Assembly (NCBI GenBank): GCA_049965895.1
Contig: JBMFVR010000001.1
Location: 1 to 41,050, forward strand
DNA length: 41,050 bases
Direction of reading: 5' to 3'
Source of the DNA: Nitrososphaeria archaeon
GTDB taxonomy: Archaea > Thermoproteota > Nitrososphaeria > Conexivisphaerales > UBA164
Position 1 is the stretch's first letter. Every line of letters starts with the position of its first letter. This document shows, one piece after another, positions 7,686-18,368 of this stretch. The notes under the pieces are model-generated. The model was not told where the DNA came from and made no database searches. It saw nothing but the letters and a program-made list of their open reading frames with translations. The position numbers and the translations under genes are program-made.

Positions 7686-9520
7686 CTTGCTGTTAATAAT
7701 AAAGGATTTACTATATTACCATATTGTTCCCCTGCTTTAATAAGCCTTTTTTCCTGGTCAGACAATATTTTAAATACTTCTTCAGGTACTGTTTTAAAAT
7801 TTCTATAATTATTAATTACCCTCCTAACTTTTTGCAAATTTTTATCTACTTTTATTGAAAATTGATTGGAATAAAGCTCCTTAGAGTATTTTTTGTTTAA
7901 AGTTTTATCAAAAAGGTTTTGAAGTAAATCATATGTTGGAATATATCCAGTAGGCATCTCGATCGCGGTTGCATTTTCGTTGGATCGCAATTCCATCCAT
8001 TTAAACCAGACACGTTTGTCGGTTTTATCAGTAAGATATTTGCCGTTTTCACCCTTTAAAAAGTAATTTACTGCAAATACCTTTGGAGGTTTTTTAAGAT
8101 TCTTCCCAAATTCTATGTAATGCTTCAAGTAATCTCCTATGTTAACTGATAGAAAATCCAATATCGCCATCGGATTAAATTCTCTGATATCGGTTGCATC
8201 TATTGTTGCTGCAGTGCTTTGAGATTCTATAGATGCGCCATAGGCTATTACACCATGACTCCAGTTAAACGATTCCTGAACGGGAACCCACGTGTCATAA
8301 TCCCTTCCGCCATAGACTATACCTTTCACAGGTACTCCAGCGGGGTTATCATATGCTGGGTCTAAATTGGGGAAATTTTGTAAACTGACAGTAAATCGCG
8401 CATTTGGATTTGAGATTGGTGATTTCTTTCCTTTGTACCAGTTGCCGGCGTAGTTTATTCCTTCGGATGGCTCATCCAGACCGTCTCCATTCCACCTTAC
8501 GTCATTCTCAGGCGTAATTAAAACATTGGAATATATTACTTCCGATTTTTCATGTAAAACTTGCCATATAATGGGGTCATCTTTACTGTTTATGCCGTCT
8601 ATGACTCCAAATACACCCTTATCTGTATTAACGGCCCTAACTTCGCCATCTACATTCTTCAGCATGGCTATATCATCTCCCACTAACGATTCACCTTGCA
8701 TCATTGCAGTGGAGGTTTTTCCACACAATGAAGGATAAGCACCTGTAAAATAGCTTCTCCTATTACCATTGTTTATTCCCATAAGAAGCATATGTTCCAT
8801 GAGCCAGCCCTCTTCCAATCCTCTTTTAATTCCTAGCCTTAATGCAAGTTTTTTTAAACCGACCGTATTGCCAGCATATTGGGTGTTAACGCTGTATGTA
8901 ATTCCCTCATCTACATCTATAACAATCCTCCTTAAATCGATGTTTTTAGATATGCCATTTTGAAGTTCACCTTCCGAATGTACTAAATAGAAAGGTTTAC
9001 TCTTAAGTGGTTTAAGAAAAACATCATAGGCATTTCTGTACAAAAGCTCCTCTGAATGCATTACATAACTGGAATCTGTAATCTGCACCGCCGGAATAGA
9101 AAAATCTGAATTTTTAGGTCCCAATACATAGAACCCTACAAGCATCTCCTTTCCCTTCATTATTCCCTTCATTATTGAAAAGACTTCTTCCAGCACCATC
9201 TTCCTTTTTGCATAATTCTTTATCCCGTCTATTTGGCTATCAGATGCAATATAGGTGTGGTTTCTATCCCTTCCCTGATCATTGATTCCATCAAAATGCA
9301 CTGTTTGAAATTTACTTCTTGTGGGCATTTCCTCTTTTTGGACCAGCGCTTTATTTTTTATGTAATTGATATCATCAATTGACCCAGAATTTATAAAGAT
9401 CTTGGATGGTAGCAGCAATTGATTAAAGGTAGCCAGCTGATGTATAATGCCCTTATCATAAATTCTAAAAAGTTTTGATTTATTTTCGGCGTCCAGCGCG
9501 GCATACAAACTATCATACAT
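7682..9520 (-). CDS. pckG: Phosphoenolpyruvate carboxykinase (GTP-dependent)
   Basis: The 612-aa protein has the kinase-1a P-loop YPSLCGKTS, and the surrounding blocks (GDDIAMLK, NPNARFT) are typical of GTP-PEPCK. Confidence 0.9.
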   Translation of the reverse strand: MYDSLYAALDAENKSKLFRIYDKGIIHQLATFNQLLLPSKIFINSGSIDDINYIKNKALVQKEEMPTRSKFQTVHFDGINDQGRDRNHTYIASDSQIDGIKNYAKRKMVLEEVFSIMKGIMKGKEMLVGFYVLGPKNSDFSIPAVQITDSSYVMHSEELLYRNAYDVFLKPLKSKPFYLVHSEGELQNGISKNIDLRRIVIDVDEGITYSVNTQYAGNTVGLKKLALRLGIKRGLEEGWLMEHMLLMGINNGNRRSYFTGAYPSLCGKTSTAMMQGESLVGDDIAMLKNVDGEVRAVNTDKGVFGVIDGINSKDDPIIWQVLHEKSEVIYSNVLITPENDVRWNGDGLDEPSEGINYAGNWYKGKKSPISNPNARFTVSLQNFPNLDPAYDNPAGVPVKGIVYGGRDYDTWVPVQESFNWSHGVIAYGASIESQSTAATIDATDIREFNPMAILDFLSVNIGDYLKHYIEFGKNLKKPPKVFAVNYFLKGENGKYLTDKTDKRVWFKWMELRSNENATAIEMPTGYIPTYDLLQNLFDKTLNKKYSKELYSNQFSIKVDKNLQKVRRVINNYRNFKTVPEEVFKILSDQEKRLIKAGEQYGNIVNPLLLTAR

Positions 9521-9665
9521 ATATGGGGTGCTTCGCGGAACTATTTATTTTAAGTTTTACTGTTCATACTCAGTTAAAATTAAACAATGAACAAATTCGC
9601 ACACTGTTTTTGTTAATGCACTTAAAGTAACATTTTTTAGTTGCCACATTTATTTTATGTAGTTC

Positions 9666-10364
9666 ATGACAGTTTATATAAAGACTGAAAGGGATGCTGT
9701 AGCGGAAAGAGCAATCATATCGGGAGATCCAAGCAGGATTAATCAGTTGGCTGAGATTTTAGAAGGAGCAAAAATGATCAGCAATTCTGGTGGCTTCCTT
9801 GCATATACAGGAACATATAAAGGAACTCCAGTAACTGTAGCCACGCACGGTATTGGTGGGACTTCTGCTTCAATAATAATAAATGATCTAATATCACTTG
9901 GAGTAAAGAAAATCATCAGACTTGGAACAGCGGGATCGTTAAAGGAAGATATAGAAGTTGGAGATGTTATAGTTGCCACGGGGGCGCATTATTCACCGGG
10001 AGGGGCACTAGGGTATAACTGCGGGAAATTCATATCTGCAGCCCCTGATTTTATACTTACAAAGAAATTATATCAATCACTCAAAAGCGCTAACATAAAG
10101 GTTCATTTGGGAACTGTATTTTCCAAAAATGCCTTTTATACGTTGGAAGATTTAAATCCATGGCTCATATCAATGGGAGTACTGTCACTTGAGATGGAAT
10201 GTGCAACCCTTATGATTATATCACGTATACATAAAGTTAATTCGGCTTGCGCCCTGATAGTCAGCGATAATGTGGTAAAGAAATCGAAAATGTATACGGC
10301 AGCAGAATTAAAAAACTTTGTAAACGTAGCGTCCCATGCAGTAATGGATTCAATTATATCCTAG
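9666..10364 (+). CDS. Nucleoside phosphorylase, PNP/UDP family 1 (purine or uridine phosphorylase)
   Basis: The motifs GDPSRINQLA, ATHGIGGTSASIIINDL, IRLGTAGSL and LSLEMECATL match the DeoD/Udp family. Confidence 0.8.
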   Translation: MTVYIKTERDAVAERAIISGDPSRINQLAEILEGAKMISNSGGFLAYTGTYKGTPVTVATHGIGGTSASIIINDLISLGVKKIIRLGTAGSLKEDIEVGDVIVATGAHYSPGGALGYNCGKFISAAPDFILTKKLYQSLKSANIKVHLGTVFSKNAFYTLEDLNPWLISMGVLSLEMECATLMIISRIHKVNSACALIVSDNVVKKSKMYTAAELKNFVNVASHAVMDSIIS

Positions 10365-12232
10365 GAAAATTTTGGTCTTTTGCTTATGATAGGATTAACA
10401 TACATGGGTCTTCTTGGCATGTTGCCCTGCATTGTCCTAAGTTCCATCTTAAGTTCATTGATATTTAAAGATCTTGTCTGTTCCTTACCTATTTTTTGCC
10501 CAATCCTTATTACTGTGCTGTATTTAGCGCTAGCGATCTCCTTTTCTCCCAATATTATGAGAACTGGCACCCAAGAAGCCTTAGCCTCTGCAACCTTTTT
10601 TGCTAGAGTCAAATCTCTATCATCCACACCCACTCTGTAACCCTCCTCTTCCAGTTCACTGGCCAGTTTTAATGCAGAATCAAGTTGTTCCTTGGATGAA
10701 ACAGGTATGACTCTAACCTGTTCCGGTGATAGCCAGAATGGCAGTAAGGGCACAGTACCGCGCCTTTCCATCCAGGCAGCAGATTCGAGCATGGATGCAA
10801 GAGCGCGTTCTATGCTTCCAAAGCTTGACGCATGTATTATAAATGGCACATGGGTCTTGTTTCCATTCTCGTCAGTATAGTTTATGTTAAATCGTTCACC
10901 GTTTTTTATATCCCATTGCACAGTAGAAATTTGTAAATTATTACCATCAGGAAATATTGCCTGAAATTCATTCTTAAATGCATAATAATGTGTCATACGA
11001 TTCATTAATTTGAAAAACGCAGGCTTTTTTATATTTTTCAATAGTTCCTTAAAATATGGTTTATATTTTTCATAGTATTCATCAACTATTTCAAATCCAA
11101 GTACCCAATGTTCTGGCGCTATAATATCATCCATTAATTGTTTAAACAGTGCAGTGAGTTTTGAAAATTCTTCCCTAGCAACAGACTCGCTTTGGCAGAA
11201 TGCATGGTGATCAGTCATTAGGAAAGTTCTTACCCTCATAAGTCCTACTACCTCACCGCTCTGTTCTTTTCTAAAACACTGAGCCTCCTCATAAACTTTA
11301 AAAGGCATTTGCCTGTAACTTATATTGAGCTTTTGTACAAAGGGAAATGCACCAGGATCGCTTGCGAATCTGAGCACCATATTCTCACCTTCGATCTTGT
11401 AATCCCTTTCATGAAACTCACCCTGTAAAAGAGATATTGATTCTATATCTGTTCTGTAAATCAGCGGGTTCTGCATCTTTATGGCACCCCATTTCATGGC
11501 TAGCTTCTGAGCGTATTCGAGTATCAGATCCCTTATGATAACGCCATTGGGATACCATTTGAGGTGTCCTATATCGCTTTCTGGACAGTAATCTACAAGC
11601 TCTAGCTTTTTCATTTGCTTTATATGCGCAGGTTCTTCTTTATGGAGCGGTTTACCAACAAGCTCATTTTCTACAAACCTTTTTAATGCATCATTTTTTG
11701 CCAGTGGGGTGGATTGTTCTAACTTGTCAGGGAACACCTCATATTCTTCGCCGTCTTCATCGATAACAAAATATCTATAAAACTTTTCTTTGGGTTCAAA
11801 TTTGGCCCTCTTTTTGCTGCCCTTGATTGTACGAAGTGATTCTGCTAGAGGATGACCTTTTAATGATAATGTGAAGGCCTTATTCCAGCCAAATGGTGCC
11901 TTATCAACAACCAGCCCAGACTTGCTTAAAAAACCAAATAAATCATTATATAATTTACGTGAATAGTTGGGTGAGGCAAGGTTTTCGCTCAAATGCGAAT
12001 ATGGATAAATTATTACAATATTTCTTTCCCCCAACTGTTTTAATTGGTTTTTAATTTCATAATAAACTTCTTCAAATAAAGATTCAGAATCTTCGTTTTC
12101 TATAGTTACAAACACCACCAATGCATTGCTATAAGATTTGAATAGGCCGCTTTTGGCTTCATCCCTTATCTCGCTTTCCGGTTCTACTATTCGGTAGCTG
12201 AAACTATCGGTATCGAGCAGTAAAAGCTTCAT
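10361..12232 (-). CDS. thrS: Threonyl-tRNA synthetase, archaeal form with N-terminal editing domain
   Basis: The 623-aa protein has class II core motifs (FRKEQSGEVVGLMRVRTF) and a C-terminal anticodon-binding domain. Its N-terminus (MKLLLLDTDSFSY...) is archaeal-specific. Confidence 0.9.
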   Translation of the reverse strand: MKLLLLDTDSFSYRIVEPESEIRDEAKSGLFKSYSNALVVFVTIENEDSESLFEEVYYEIKNQLKQLGERNIVIIYPYSHLSENLASPNYSRKLYNDLFGFLSKSGLVVDKAPFGWNKAFTLSLKGHPLAESLRTIKGSKKRAKFEPKEKFYRYFVIDEDGEEYEVFPDKLEQSTPLAKNDALKRFVENELVGKPLHKEEPAHIKQMKKLELVDYCPESDIGHLKWYPNGVIIRDLILEYAQKLAMKWGAIKMQNPLIYRTDIESISLLQGEFHERDYKIEGENMVLRFASDPGAFPFVQKLNISYRQMPFKVYEEAQCFRKEQSGEVVGLMRVRTFLMTDHHAFCQSESVAREEFSKLTALFKQLMDDIIAPEHWVLGFEIVDEYYEKYKPYFKELLKNIKKPAFFKLMNRMTHYYAFKNEFQAIFPDGNNLQISTVQWDIKNGERFNINYTDENGNKTHVPFIIHASSFGSIERALASMLESAAWMERRGTVPLLPFWLSPEQVRVIPVSSKEQLDSALKLASELEEEGYRVGVDDRDLTLAKKVAEAKASWVPVLIILGEKEIASAKYSTVIRIGQKIGKEQTRSLNINELKMELRTMQGNMPRRPMYVNPIISKRPKFS

Positions 12233-12253
12233 ATATTAAGGCGTGTCTACAAC

Positions 12254-12291
12254 CAATTTAAACGTTTTTGATATGCTACAATTTAAACGTT
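12254..12291 (-). promoter_or_regulatory. Two direct copies of a 13-mer (caatttaaacgtt on the + strand) containing a TTTAAA TATA-like core, upstream of thrS
   Basis: The exact copies lie at 12254-12266 and 12279-12291, 25 nt apart. The proximal TTTAAA lies about -25 to -30 from the thrS ATG, consistent with a leaderless promoter. Confidence 0.4.
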
Positions 12292-12346
12292 AAAACACCT
12301 ATCAAATAATACACCTTGATCCATCTTCTAAAAGTAAATGGGTCAT

Positions 12347-12871
12347 TTAGGGGGCAGTTTTACCTTGGTTTGGGCTTCCATATTTTATTACGTTATTAAT
12401 TTCCAATTTATCATCAAAGCTTTTTATAAACTTAAGATCTTTGATTATTTCGTGCGCATAAAGCGAAATTTTTACGTTTGTATATGATTTAACTATAATC
12501 ATTTCCGGTGAAATTAGAAGCGCCTTTCTTTTGAATTTAAGCAAGCGTGATTTTATCTGTGCACCGTAAAGGCCAGCCATGGAGCCATTATGGTCTGATG
12601 CAAGTTCATAATCAAGTCCAAGCTCTGCAGAGTATTTTACATGCATCTCAACACTATCTGGGCTAATACCAACTACATCTCCACCATAAGACCTTATGTC
12701 GCTCAGCTTGGCTTGGAAAGCTTTGACCTCAAGAGTGCATCCGGCCGCAAAATCTTTTGGATAAAAGAACAAAATTAACCATTTTTTAAAATATCTTTCA
12801 GTATTAAGCGTGCCAAAAGTAGACTTGAGTGGTAAAATTATGGCCCGGTCCCCTTCTTGTAATTTCTTCAT
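12347..12871 (-). CDS. bcp: Peroxiredoxin, Bcp/PrxQ type (AhpC/TSA family)
   Basis: It has the peroxidatic-Cys motif FFYPKDFAAGCTLE. Confidence 0.8.
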   Translation of the reverse strand: MKKLQEGDRAIILPLKSTFGTLNTERYFKKWLILFFYPKDFAAGCTLEVKAFQAKLSDIRSYGGDVVGISPDSVEMHVKYSAELGLDYELASDHNGSMAGLYGAQIKSRLLKFKRKALLISPEMIIVKSYTNVKISLYAHEIIKDLKFIKSFDDKLEINNVIKYGSPNQGKTAP

Positions 12872-12970
12872 AATATATTGGGATCATGGTACTTTAATAT
12901 TAACTCTTATCTAAAATCGTAAACCTAAACATCGTTAAGCTTAAAGATAGGTTGCTATGATATTGTCTGC

Positions 12971-15136
12971 ATGTTAAATATCAGGCGGCCAAAAATCACA
13001 GTTGGCAGTGCGTTTGTTACTCTTATTTTTTCATTACTGCTGGCGCTCACACTATACGTAAGGATTATGCCAGCAAAGTATGGATTATATCTAAATGAAT
13101 TTGATCCATATTATCATTATTATGTAACAAATGTTGTTGTTAATGACCTTTTGACCTATGGGTTGAGTGGAATTTCTAAATACATGCACACGATAAGTTA
13201 TTATTTCTGGTATCCTTGGGGGAGGAACTTTGCAGCAACATCTCCGTCCGGATTATACTTTATGGTAGCCATATTTTACATAATAGTGCACTTTTTTGGA
13301 ACAAAGCTAACGCTTTATCAATTTACAGAAATTTTGCCAGTGATAGTAGGCGCTTTGATCAGCTTTCCTGTATATTTTACAGTAAAGGGTCTTACAGGCA
13401 ACAAATATGCCGGTTTAATAGGAGTTCTCCTTCTTAGTTCTGTGCCAGGTTTACTGATAAGAACAGACTGGGGTTGGTACAAGGGCACTCCATTCGCTTT
13501 TTTGTTTATGCCAACAGCAATAATGCTTCTTATATATGGCTTTGACAAAAACAAGAGTAAGCTTCTTTTGGCACTAATTGCAGGTTTTTTAGTTGGTTAT
13601 GCACAGACCATGTGGGGGGGTTCAGAGAACCTGAACGGCGTTATTGCCCTGGCATTTTTGTTCTTGCCACTATATGCTAAGCTTGATTTGAAAACTGTTG
13701 AAGCAGAAATCCTCTATGTTATAGGTGCCATGGTGGCGATCATTTATCCTGTACCTGGCATTGGATGGGCATACTCTCCAACCATGCTTCTACTTTATCT
13801 ATCAATAATTGTTTCAACACTTTACATAATTAATGACAAACTAAAGTTGTTAAGCAAAACAAACTTCTTTATATCAGTTTTTGGTGTTATAGTTGTAGGT
13901 CTAGGCGCGGTTATAGTTGTGCTGCCACACTTGGTCAATCTAAGATACCTTTCAGCTTTAGATTTCCTACTCAGGCTAAAACCTTCAATTGTTAGCACTG
14001 TAGCAGAACAACTTCCAATTTCAGGACTGGATTTAGCATTCACATATGGATTAACGCTCTTATTAAGCATAGCAGCAGGCTATTATCTAATAAAGAAAAG
14101 GACTGTTGGTTCAGTGATCGTTGCACTTTTTTTGCTTTGGAGCTTTTATATCGGCTCATCCATGGGAGAATTGCTAGACTATATCGGGCTCGCAGCAACC
14201 ATTGGAGCTCCCATAGGAGCATATTATATTTTTGAAAATATAAAGATGGCTCCTTTAAAGGAAAAGAAATCTAAGATCAAGGGCAAAAGCTACAGCTATT
14301 CTTATGAAAAAGGAGCAGTGGCAGTGGCCCTTATAGGATTGCTTGTTGTGCCAATTGGCTATTACTGGGTTCCTGCAAACAATACCCCCGTTACAATAGT
14401 TAACTCAGCAACTATACTCAATGGGGTTGTGCCAGCATGGACTGATGCTCTACATTGGATGTCGAATTCTTCAAACATGCCCCCCCATTCCGTTGTAATA
14501 GCATGGTGGGATTATGGTTACTGGATCACGGTAATGGGCAATCAGACAACGGTGATTGATAATGCAACAATCAATGATACACAGATAGGGTTGGTGGCTA
14601 AAATGTACCTTTCACCTACAAATGAAGCAATAAACATATTTCATAAATTACATGGACAGTATGTTGTAGTATTTGCTACAGGCGTGGACTTGTATACTGC
14701 GACACATGACCAGTACCTGTATGGCTATCAAGAAACCGGACAACTTTATGGAATAGGCGGTGATGAAAGTAAAGTTAACGCCATGATAGTGTGGGCAGGC
14801 TGGGAATCAAATCAATCAGCATACATCTCATCAAACGGAATGCTAACACCATATTTCTGGAACGATACGCTGCTTGGGCATTTGGAACCGCTAAGGTATC
14901 TGGGATGGGGGCAAATAGACACTTCTACAGGTCAGGTGGTAAACATAACGCCTAATTACATAAATTCTAGCACTTATTACCAGATACCATTATTTTTCTA
15001 TCAGCCATACTACACTTCAAATTCCACACCTTTCAGCCTTGTTTATTCATCTCCTTTACAACTGGCATCAAATGGAATGTGGGCTCAGGTGTTGATATAC
15101 AAATATGTCGGAAACTCAACGAATACAAGCGCTTAG
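12971..15136 (+). CDS. aglB: Archaeal oligosaccharyltransferase AglB (STT3 family)
   Basis: It is a multi-span membrane N-terminal domain followed by the diagnostic WWDYGYW motif (AWWDYGYWIT). Confidence 0.9.
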   Translation: MLNIRRPKITVGSAFVTLIFSLLLALTLYVRIMPAKYGLYLNEFDPYYHYYVTNVVVNDLLTYGLSGISKYMHTISYYFWYPWGRNFAATSPSGLYFMVAIFYIIVHFFGTKLTLYQFTEILPVIVGALISFPVYFTVKGLTGNKYAGLIGVLLLSSVPGLLIRTDWGWYKGTPFAFLFMPTAIMLLIYGFDKNKSKLLLALIAGFLVGYAQTMWGGSENLNGVIALAFLFLPLYAKLDLKTVEAEILYVIGAMVAIIYPVPGIGWAYSPTMLLLYLSIIVSTLYIINDKLKLLSKTNFFISVFGVIVVGLGAVIVVLPHLVNLRYLSALDFLLRLKPSIVSTVAEQLPISGLDLAFTYGLTLLLSIAAGYYLIKKRTVGSVIVALFLLWSFYIGSSMGELLDYIGLAATIGAPIGAYYIFENIKMAPLKEKKSKIKGKSYSYSYEKGAVAVALIGLLVVPIGYYWVPANNTPVTIVNSATILNGVVPAWTDALHWMSNSSNMPPHSVVIAWWDYGYWITVMGNQTTVIDNATINDTQIGLVAKMYLSPTNEAINIFHKLHGQYVVVFATGVDLYTATHDQYLYGYQETGQLYGIGGDESKVNAMIVWAGWESNQSAYISSNGMLTPYFWNDTLLGHLEPLRYLGWGQIDTSTGQVVNITPNYINSSTYYQIPLFFYQPYYTSNSTPFSLVYSSPLQLASNGMWAQVLIYKYVGNSTNTSA

Positions 15137-16109
15137 GGAAGCATACAGGTGGTATTATTTCAATAGAACAGATGAATTAATACCACCATCTGAAATTTCA
15201 AAAAGGGAATTTGGTTATAGGGATTTTAGTGGATCAATGATAAGGCACATACAGTTAAGATCTAGTGGAGAGCTTTATGCGCTTGCACTCAAGTCAGTGC
15301 CAAGATCAATTTACTATTCTGTAGCTTATTATTCTGATCCATCTGCTCCAATGGAATCAAAGGGTAGACAAGGAAGTGACCTGGTATTTGATATAGATTT
15401 AAAGGATATAAGTAAATCATATACCCAGAACGTGTTTTGGATCTGCGGCGTTTGTCATAGTATAGGCGCCGGCCCAGCACCAAATGAATGCCCCAGCTGT
15501 TTATCAAAACAGGTTAGAAGTGTGGGATGGATCTGTAATGAATGTATGAATGAAGCCAAGCAGGCCGCCATTGACCTTGGTGATATACTACAGAATGACT
15601 TTGGAATGGGCAAAGGCGAAATTAAAACATTTTTTTCAGGGAATCACGGATTCCATTTGCATGCTAATTCGGCAGAATTTATTACCCTGTCTTCAAAGGA
15701 AAGAGCAGAAATATCAGATTATATAAGAGGAGCAGGATTTGAAGTTAAAACATATATTTCTAATGTTCCGGCCCAGGCAAAAGATTCAATTAAAGAAAGA
15801 AAGCATGTAAATATAGACCCGCAGGTAACAATTGATATATCAAGAATATTCAGATTGCCAGGCTCGCTACATGACGAGTCTGGTTTGGAAAAAAAGTTAT
15901 GCGAGCGCGTTGAATCGTGTGACCCGTTAATTGATGCAGTTAATCTAGCAGAAGAACCTATTAATCTGAGGGTTTATTATGCACCACAATTTATGCTTAA
16001 GGGAATTAAATTTGGCCCATATAAAATGGAAAATTTAAAGTTACCAACCTATGCGGCGGTTTATCTTATGGCTAAAGACCTAGCTGATCCGCTTACGGGT
16101 AATGTGTAG
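15105..16109 (+). CDS. priS: DNA primase small (catalytic) subunit PriS
   Basis: It has the catalytic acidic motif LVFDIDLKD, a zinc knuckle (CGVCHS...CPSC) and FSGNHGFHLH. It overlaps the aglB 3' end by 32 nt. Confidence 0.9.
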   Translation: MSETQRIQALREAYRWYYFNRTDELIPPSEISKREFGYRDFSGSMIRHIQLRSSGELYALALKSVPRSIYYSVAYYSDPSAPMESKGRQGSDLVFDIDLKDISKSYTQNVFWICGVCHSIGAGPAPNECPSCLSKQVRSVGWICNECMNEAKQAAIDLGDILQNDFGMGKGEIKTFFSGNHGFHLHANSAEFITLSSKERAEISDYIRGAGFEVKTYISNVPAQAKDSIKERKHVNIDPQVTIDISRIFRLPGSLHDESGLEKKLCERVESCDPLIDAVNLAEEPINLRVYYAPQFMLKGIKFGPYKMENLKLPTYAAVYLMAKDLADPLTGNV

Positions 16110-16175
16110 GATACGCTGAATCGTGATATATTTCTGGACATGTGAATAAAATACTGTACATCAATAAAGGTTAAA

Positions 16176-16808
16176 TTGTCAACAAAAAAATATCAATTTA
16201 TGATAGAGTGGTCACTTGAAGATGGAAAATATCTAATAGATGTGTCACGCCAGGCCATAAAACATTATGGGTTGACAAGAAAGTACTTGGAAGTGGACAA
16301 AGCCCCAGCAAAATACCAGGTGAAGAGTGGAGCTTTTGTAACTGTTAAGGATAAAAAAAATCAATTGTTGGGGTGTATAGGTAGACCTTACCCTTCTGAT
16401 GCTTTATTGAAAAATGTTATACAATCAGCTGTGGACGCTGCGTACTACGACCCTAGATTTGAGCCATTGGATCCCAAAAATTTAGACAGCGTACTTCTGG
16501 AGGTGAGCATACTTTCTCCGCCAGAAGAAGTCAATTTTAAAATGCCGGAGGAGCTTGTAAATAAAATCAAGGTTGGTAGAGATGGTATTATAGTGGAGTG
16601 GGCACTAGGTAGTGGCCTGCTTCTTCCCCAAGTGCCTGTGGAGGAGGGTTGGAGTGTTGAGGAATACCTTTCTTATGGCTGTCTTAAAGCCGGTGGCGAT
16701 AGAAATTTGTGGAAAAGAGGAAATATGAGAATTTACAGATTTACAGCCAGCGTTTTCTCTGAGCTTCAACCAAACGGGCAAGTAGTAAGGATCAATCTTG
16801 GAACGTAA
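16176..16808 (+). CDS. AMMECR1 domain protein
   Basis: It has the signature GAFVTVKDKKNQLLGCIGRPYP. The listed start is TTG, and the ATG at 16200 (MIEWSLEDG...) is the more likely start. Confidence 0.8.
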   Translation: MSTKKYQFMIEWSLEDGKYLIDVSRQAIKHYGLTRKYLEVDKAPAKYQVKSGAFVTVKDKKNQLLGCIGRPYPSDALLKNVIQSAVDAAYYDPRFEPLDPKNLDSVLLEVSILSPPEEVNFKMPEELVNKIKVGRDGIIVEWALGSGLLLPQVPVEEGWSVEEYLSYGCLKAGGDRNLWKRGNMRIYRFTASVFSELQPNGQVVRINLGT

Positions 16809-17940
16809 ATGGTATTTTTCAGTTTACGGCAGTGGCTTAGGCCATATATCAAGGAGCCTTTGGGTAGCAAACATGCTTCCCGGGCAAAAGTTCTTTTCGA
16901 CATGGGGAGAAGCACTTAATATGATAGATAACGGAATGACAGCTTTGCCCTCAACACCTCTAGACGTGGTCTGGACATCAGAGGGTAGAATGTCATTTAG
17001 AAAGACGGTAAAGAGATTTTATTCAGTTTTTAGTATACCTGCTTTGCAGATCTCCGAGGAAGCACACAAAATAAAAATGATAAAACCAAATGTAATTGTT
17101 TCAGATTCAAGGATTTCACCTATAATAGCGTCAAAAATTTATGGTAAACCATCGGCACTCATTATAAATCAGGCAAAGATACTGCTACCGCTTAGAGAAT
17201 CAGTGGCCTCTAGGGCTATAGAAAGACTTACCGGGGAATTACTTTCAATTATTTGGAGAATGTCGGATCTTATAATGATTCCGGATCTTCCTCCACCATA
17301 CACACTCTCATACCAAGGAATAAGCTCCAAGGTAATCTGCGGCAAACGGAGGTTCTTTGGGTTCTTTTCTAAAAGACCATCACCTTCGACAATAAACATC
17401 AGGCAAAAATTTGGATTAAAGAGTAAGGTAGCCTATGCCGCAGTCAGTGGTCCCAAGCCTACAAGGGACTTTCTTGTAAATCTTTTGACAAGGGTCGGTA
17501 AATACCTTCCGAGTGATGTAAGCTTGGTCATAAGTGAGGGTTCAGTAAATGAGGAGGGCAAGGTTGAGAGGCATGATAACGTTCTCAAGTTTGGATGGGA
17601 CAGTTACAGAAACGACTTTATGAATCAGGCGGACGTGGTAATTTTAAGGGCTGGCCTAACAACCTTGGGAGAGGGAATAATGGCCGGCAAGCCTATGATG
17701 CTTTTTCCCATAGCATTGCATGGAGAACAAATATCTAATGCTCTCAAGGCAAAGGATATGGGAATCGCCAGAGTTTATGACCAATACGCTGCTAAGCCAG
17801 AAGCCATATGCAGAGAAATAGTGGACACAATAGGTGATTCTGACATTAGAAGAAAAGTAGAATTCATCAGTAAAATTGCACTGGAAATAAAAACAGAGGA
17901 AATGGTAAAAAGCGCCTTGGAGAGCCTAGCAGATAGATGA
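16798..17940 (+). CDS. Glycosyltransferase, GT-B fold (GT28/GT1, MJ1255-like)
   Basis: It has the N-terminal GSGLGHISRS loop and a C-terminal Rossmann half (ILRAGLTTLGEGIMAGKPMMLFP). A TTG start overlaps the AMMECR1 stop. Confidence 0.6.
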   Translation: MERKWYFSVYGSGLGHISRSLWVANMLPGQKFFSTWGEALNMIDNGMTALPSTPLDVVWTSEGRMSFRKTVKRFYSVFSIPALQISEEAHKIKMIKPNVIVSDSRISPIIASKIYGKPSALIINQAKILLPLRESVASRAIERLTGELLSIIWRMSDLIMIPDLPPPYTLSYQGISSKVICGKRRFFGFFSKRPSPSTINIRQKFGLKSKVAYAAVSGPKPTRDFLVNLLTRVGKYLPSDVSLVISEGSVNEEGKVERHDNVLKFGWDSYRNDFMNQADVVILRAGLTTLGEGIMAGKPMMLFPIALHGEQISNALKAKDMGIARVYDQYAAKPEAICREIVDTIGDSDIRRKVEFISKIALEIKTEEMVKSALESLADR

Positions 17941-18368
17941 ACGATCTTCCATATTCAGGTTTATATAGAAAGGGATCTTTAGACCTCTATGAGTTGCTCA
18001 GAGAATCGCTCGCGAGCCAGACCGGCGAATCTGGAATAGTTTTAAGTTACTTTGGAATAACCAAAGGCTTTAGTGAAAAGCCAGTAAAGAAGCTGGTTAT
18101 AGAAGCGTACAAAGAATATGCTGACAGTGCATTGAAAAAAATTTGCGAAAACACCATAGAAAAATATTCTCTTAGTGATTGTAGAATTTTTCACCTAGAA
18201 GGTCAGTTTGACCCTGGCGAGCCGATTGTTCTTATAATTATATCTAGCAGAAGCAGAACAGGAGCTTTGGGCGCAATGCCCGAAGTTGTTGAAAGATACA
18301 AAAAGGAACCTACAATATGGAAAAAGGAAATATACCATGATGGCACCTCGAAGTGGATAAAGGAATGA
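17937..18368 (+). CDS. moaE: Molybdopterin synthase catalytic subunit MoaE
   Basis: It reads HLEGQFDPGEPIVLIIISSRSR...VERYKKEPTIWKKE, which is the MoaE C-terminal signature. Confidence 0.75.
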   Translation: MNDLPYSGLYRKGSLDLYELLRESLASQTGESGIVLSYFGITKGFSEKPVKKLVIEAYKEYADSALKKICENTIEKYSLSDCRIFHLEGQFDPGEPIVLIIISSRSRTGALGAMPEVVERYKKEPTIWKKEIYHDGTSKWIKE

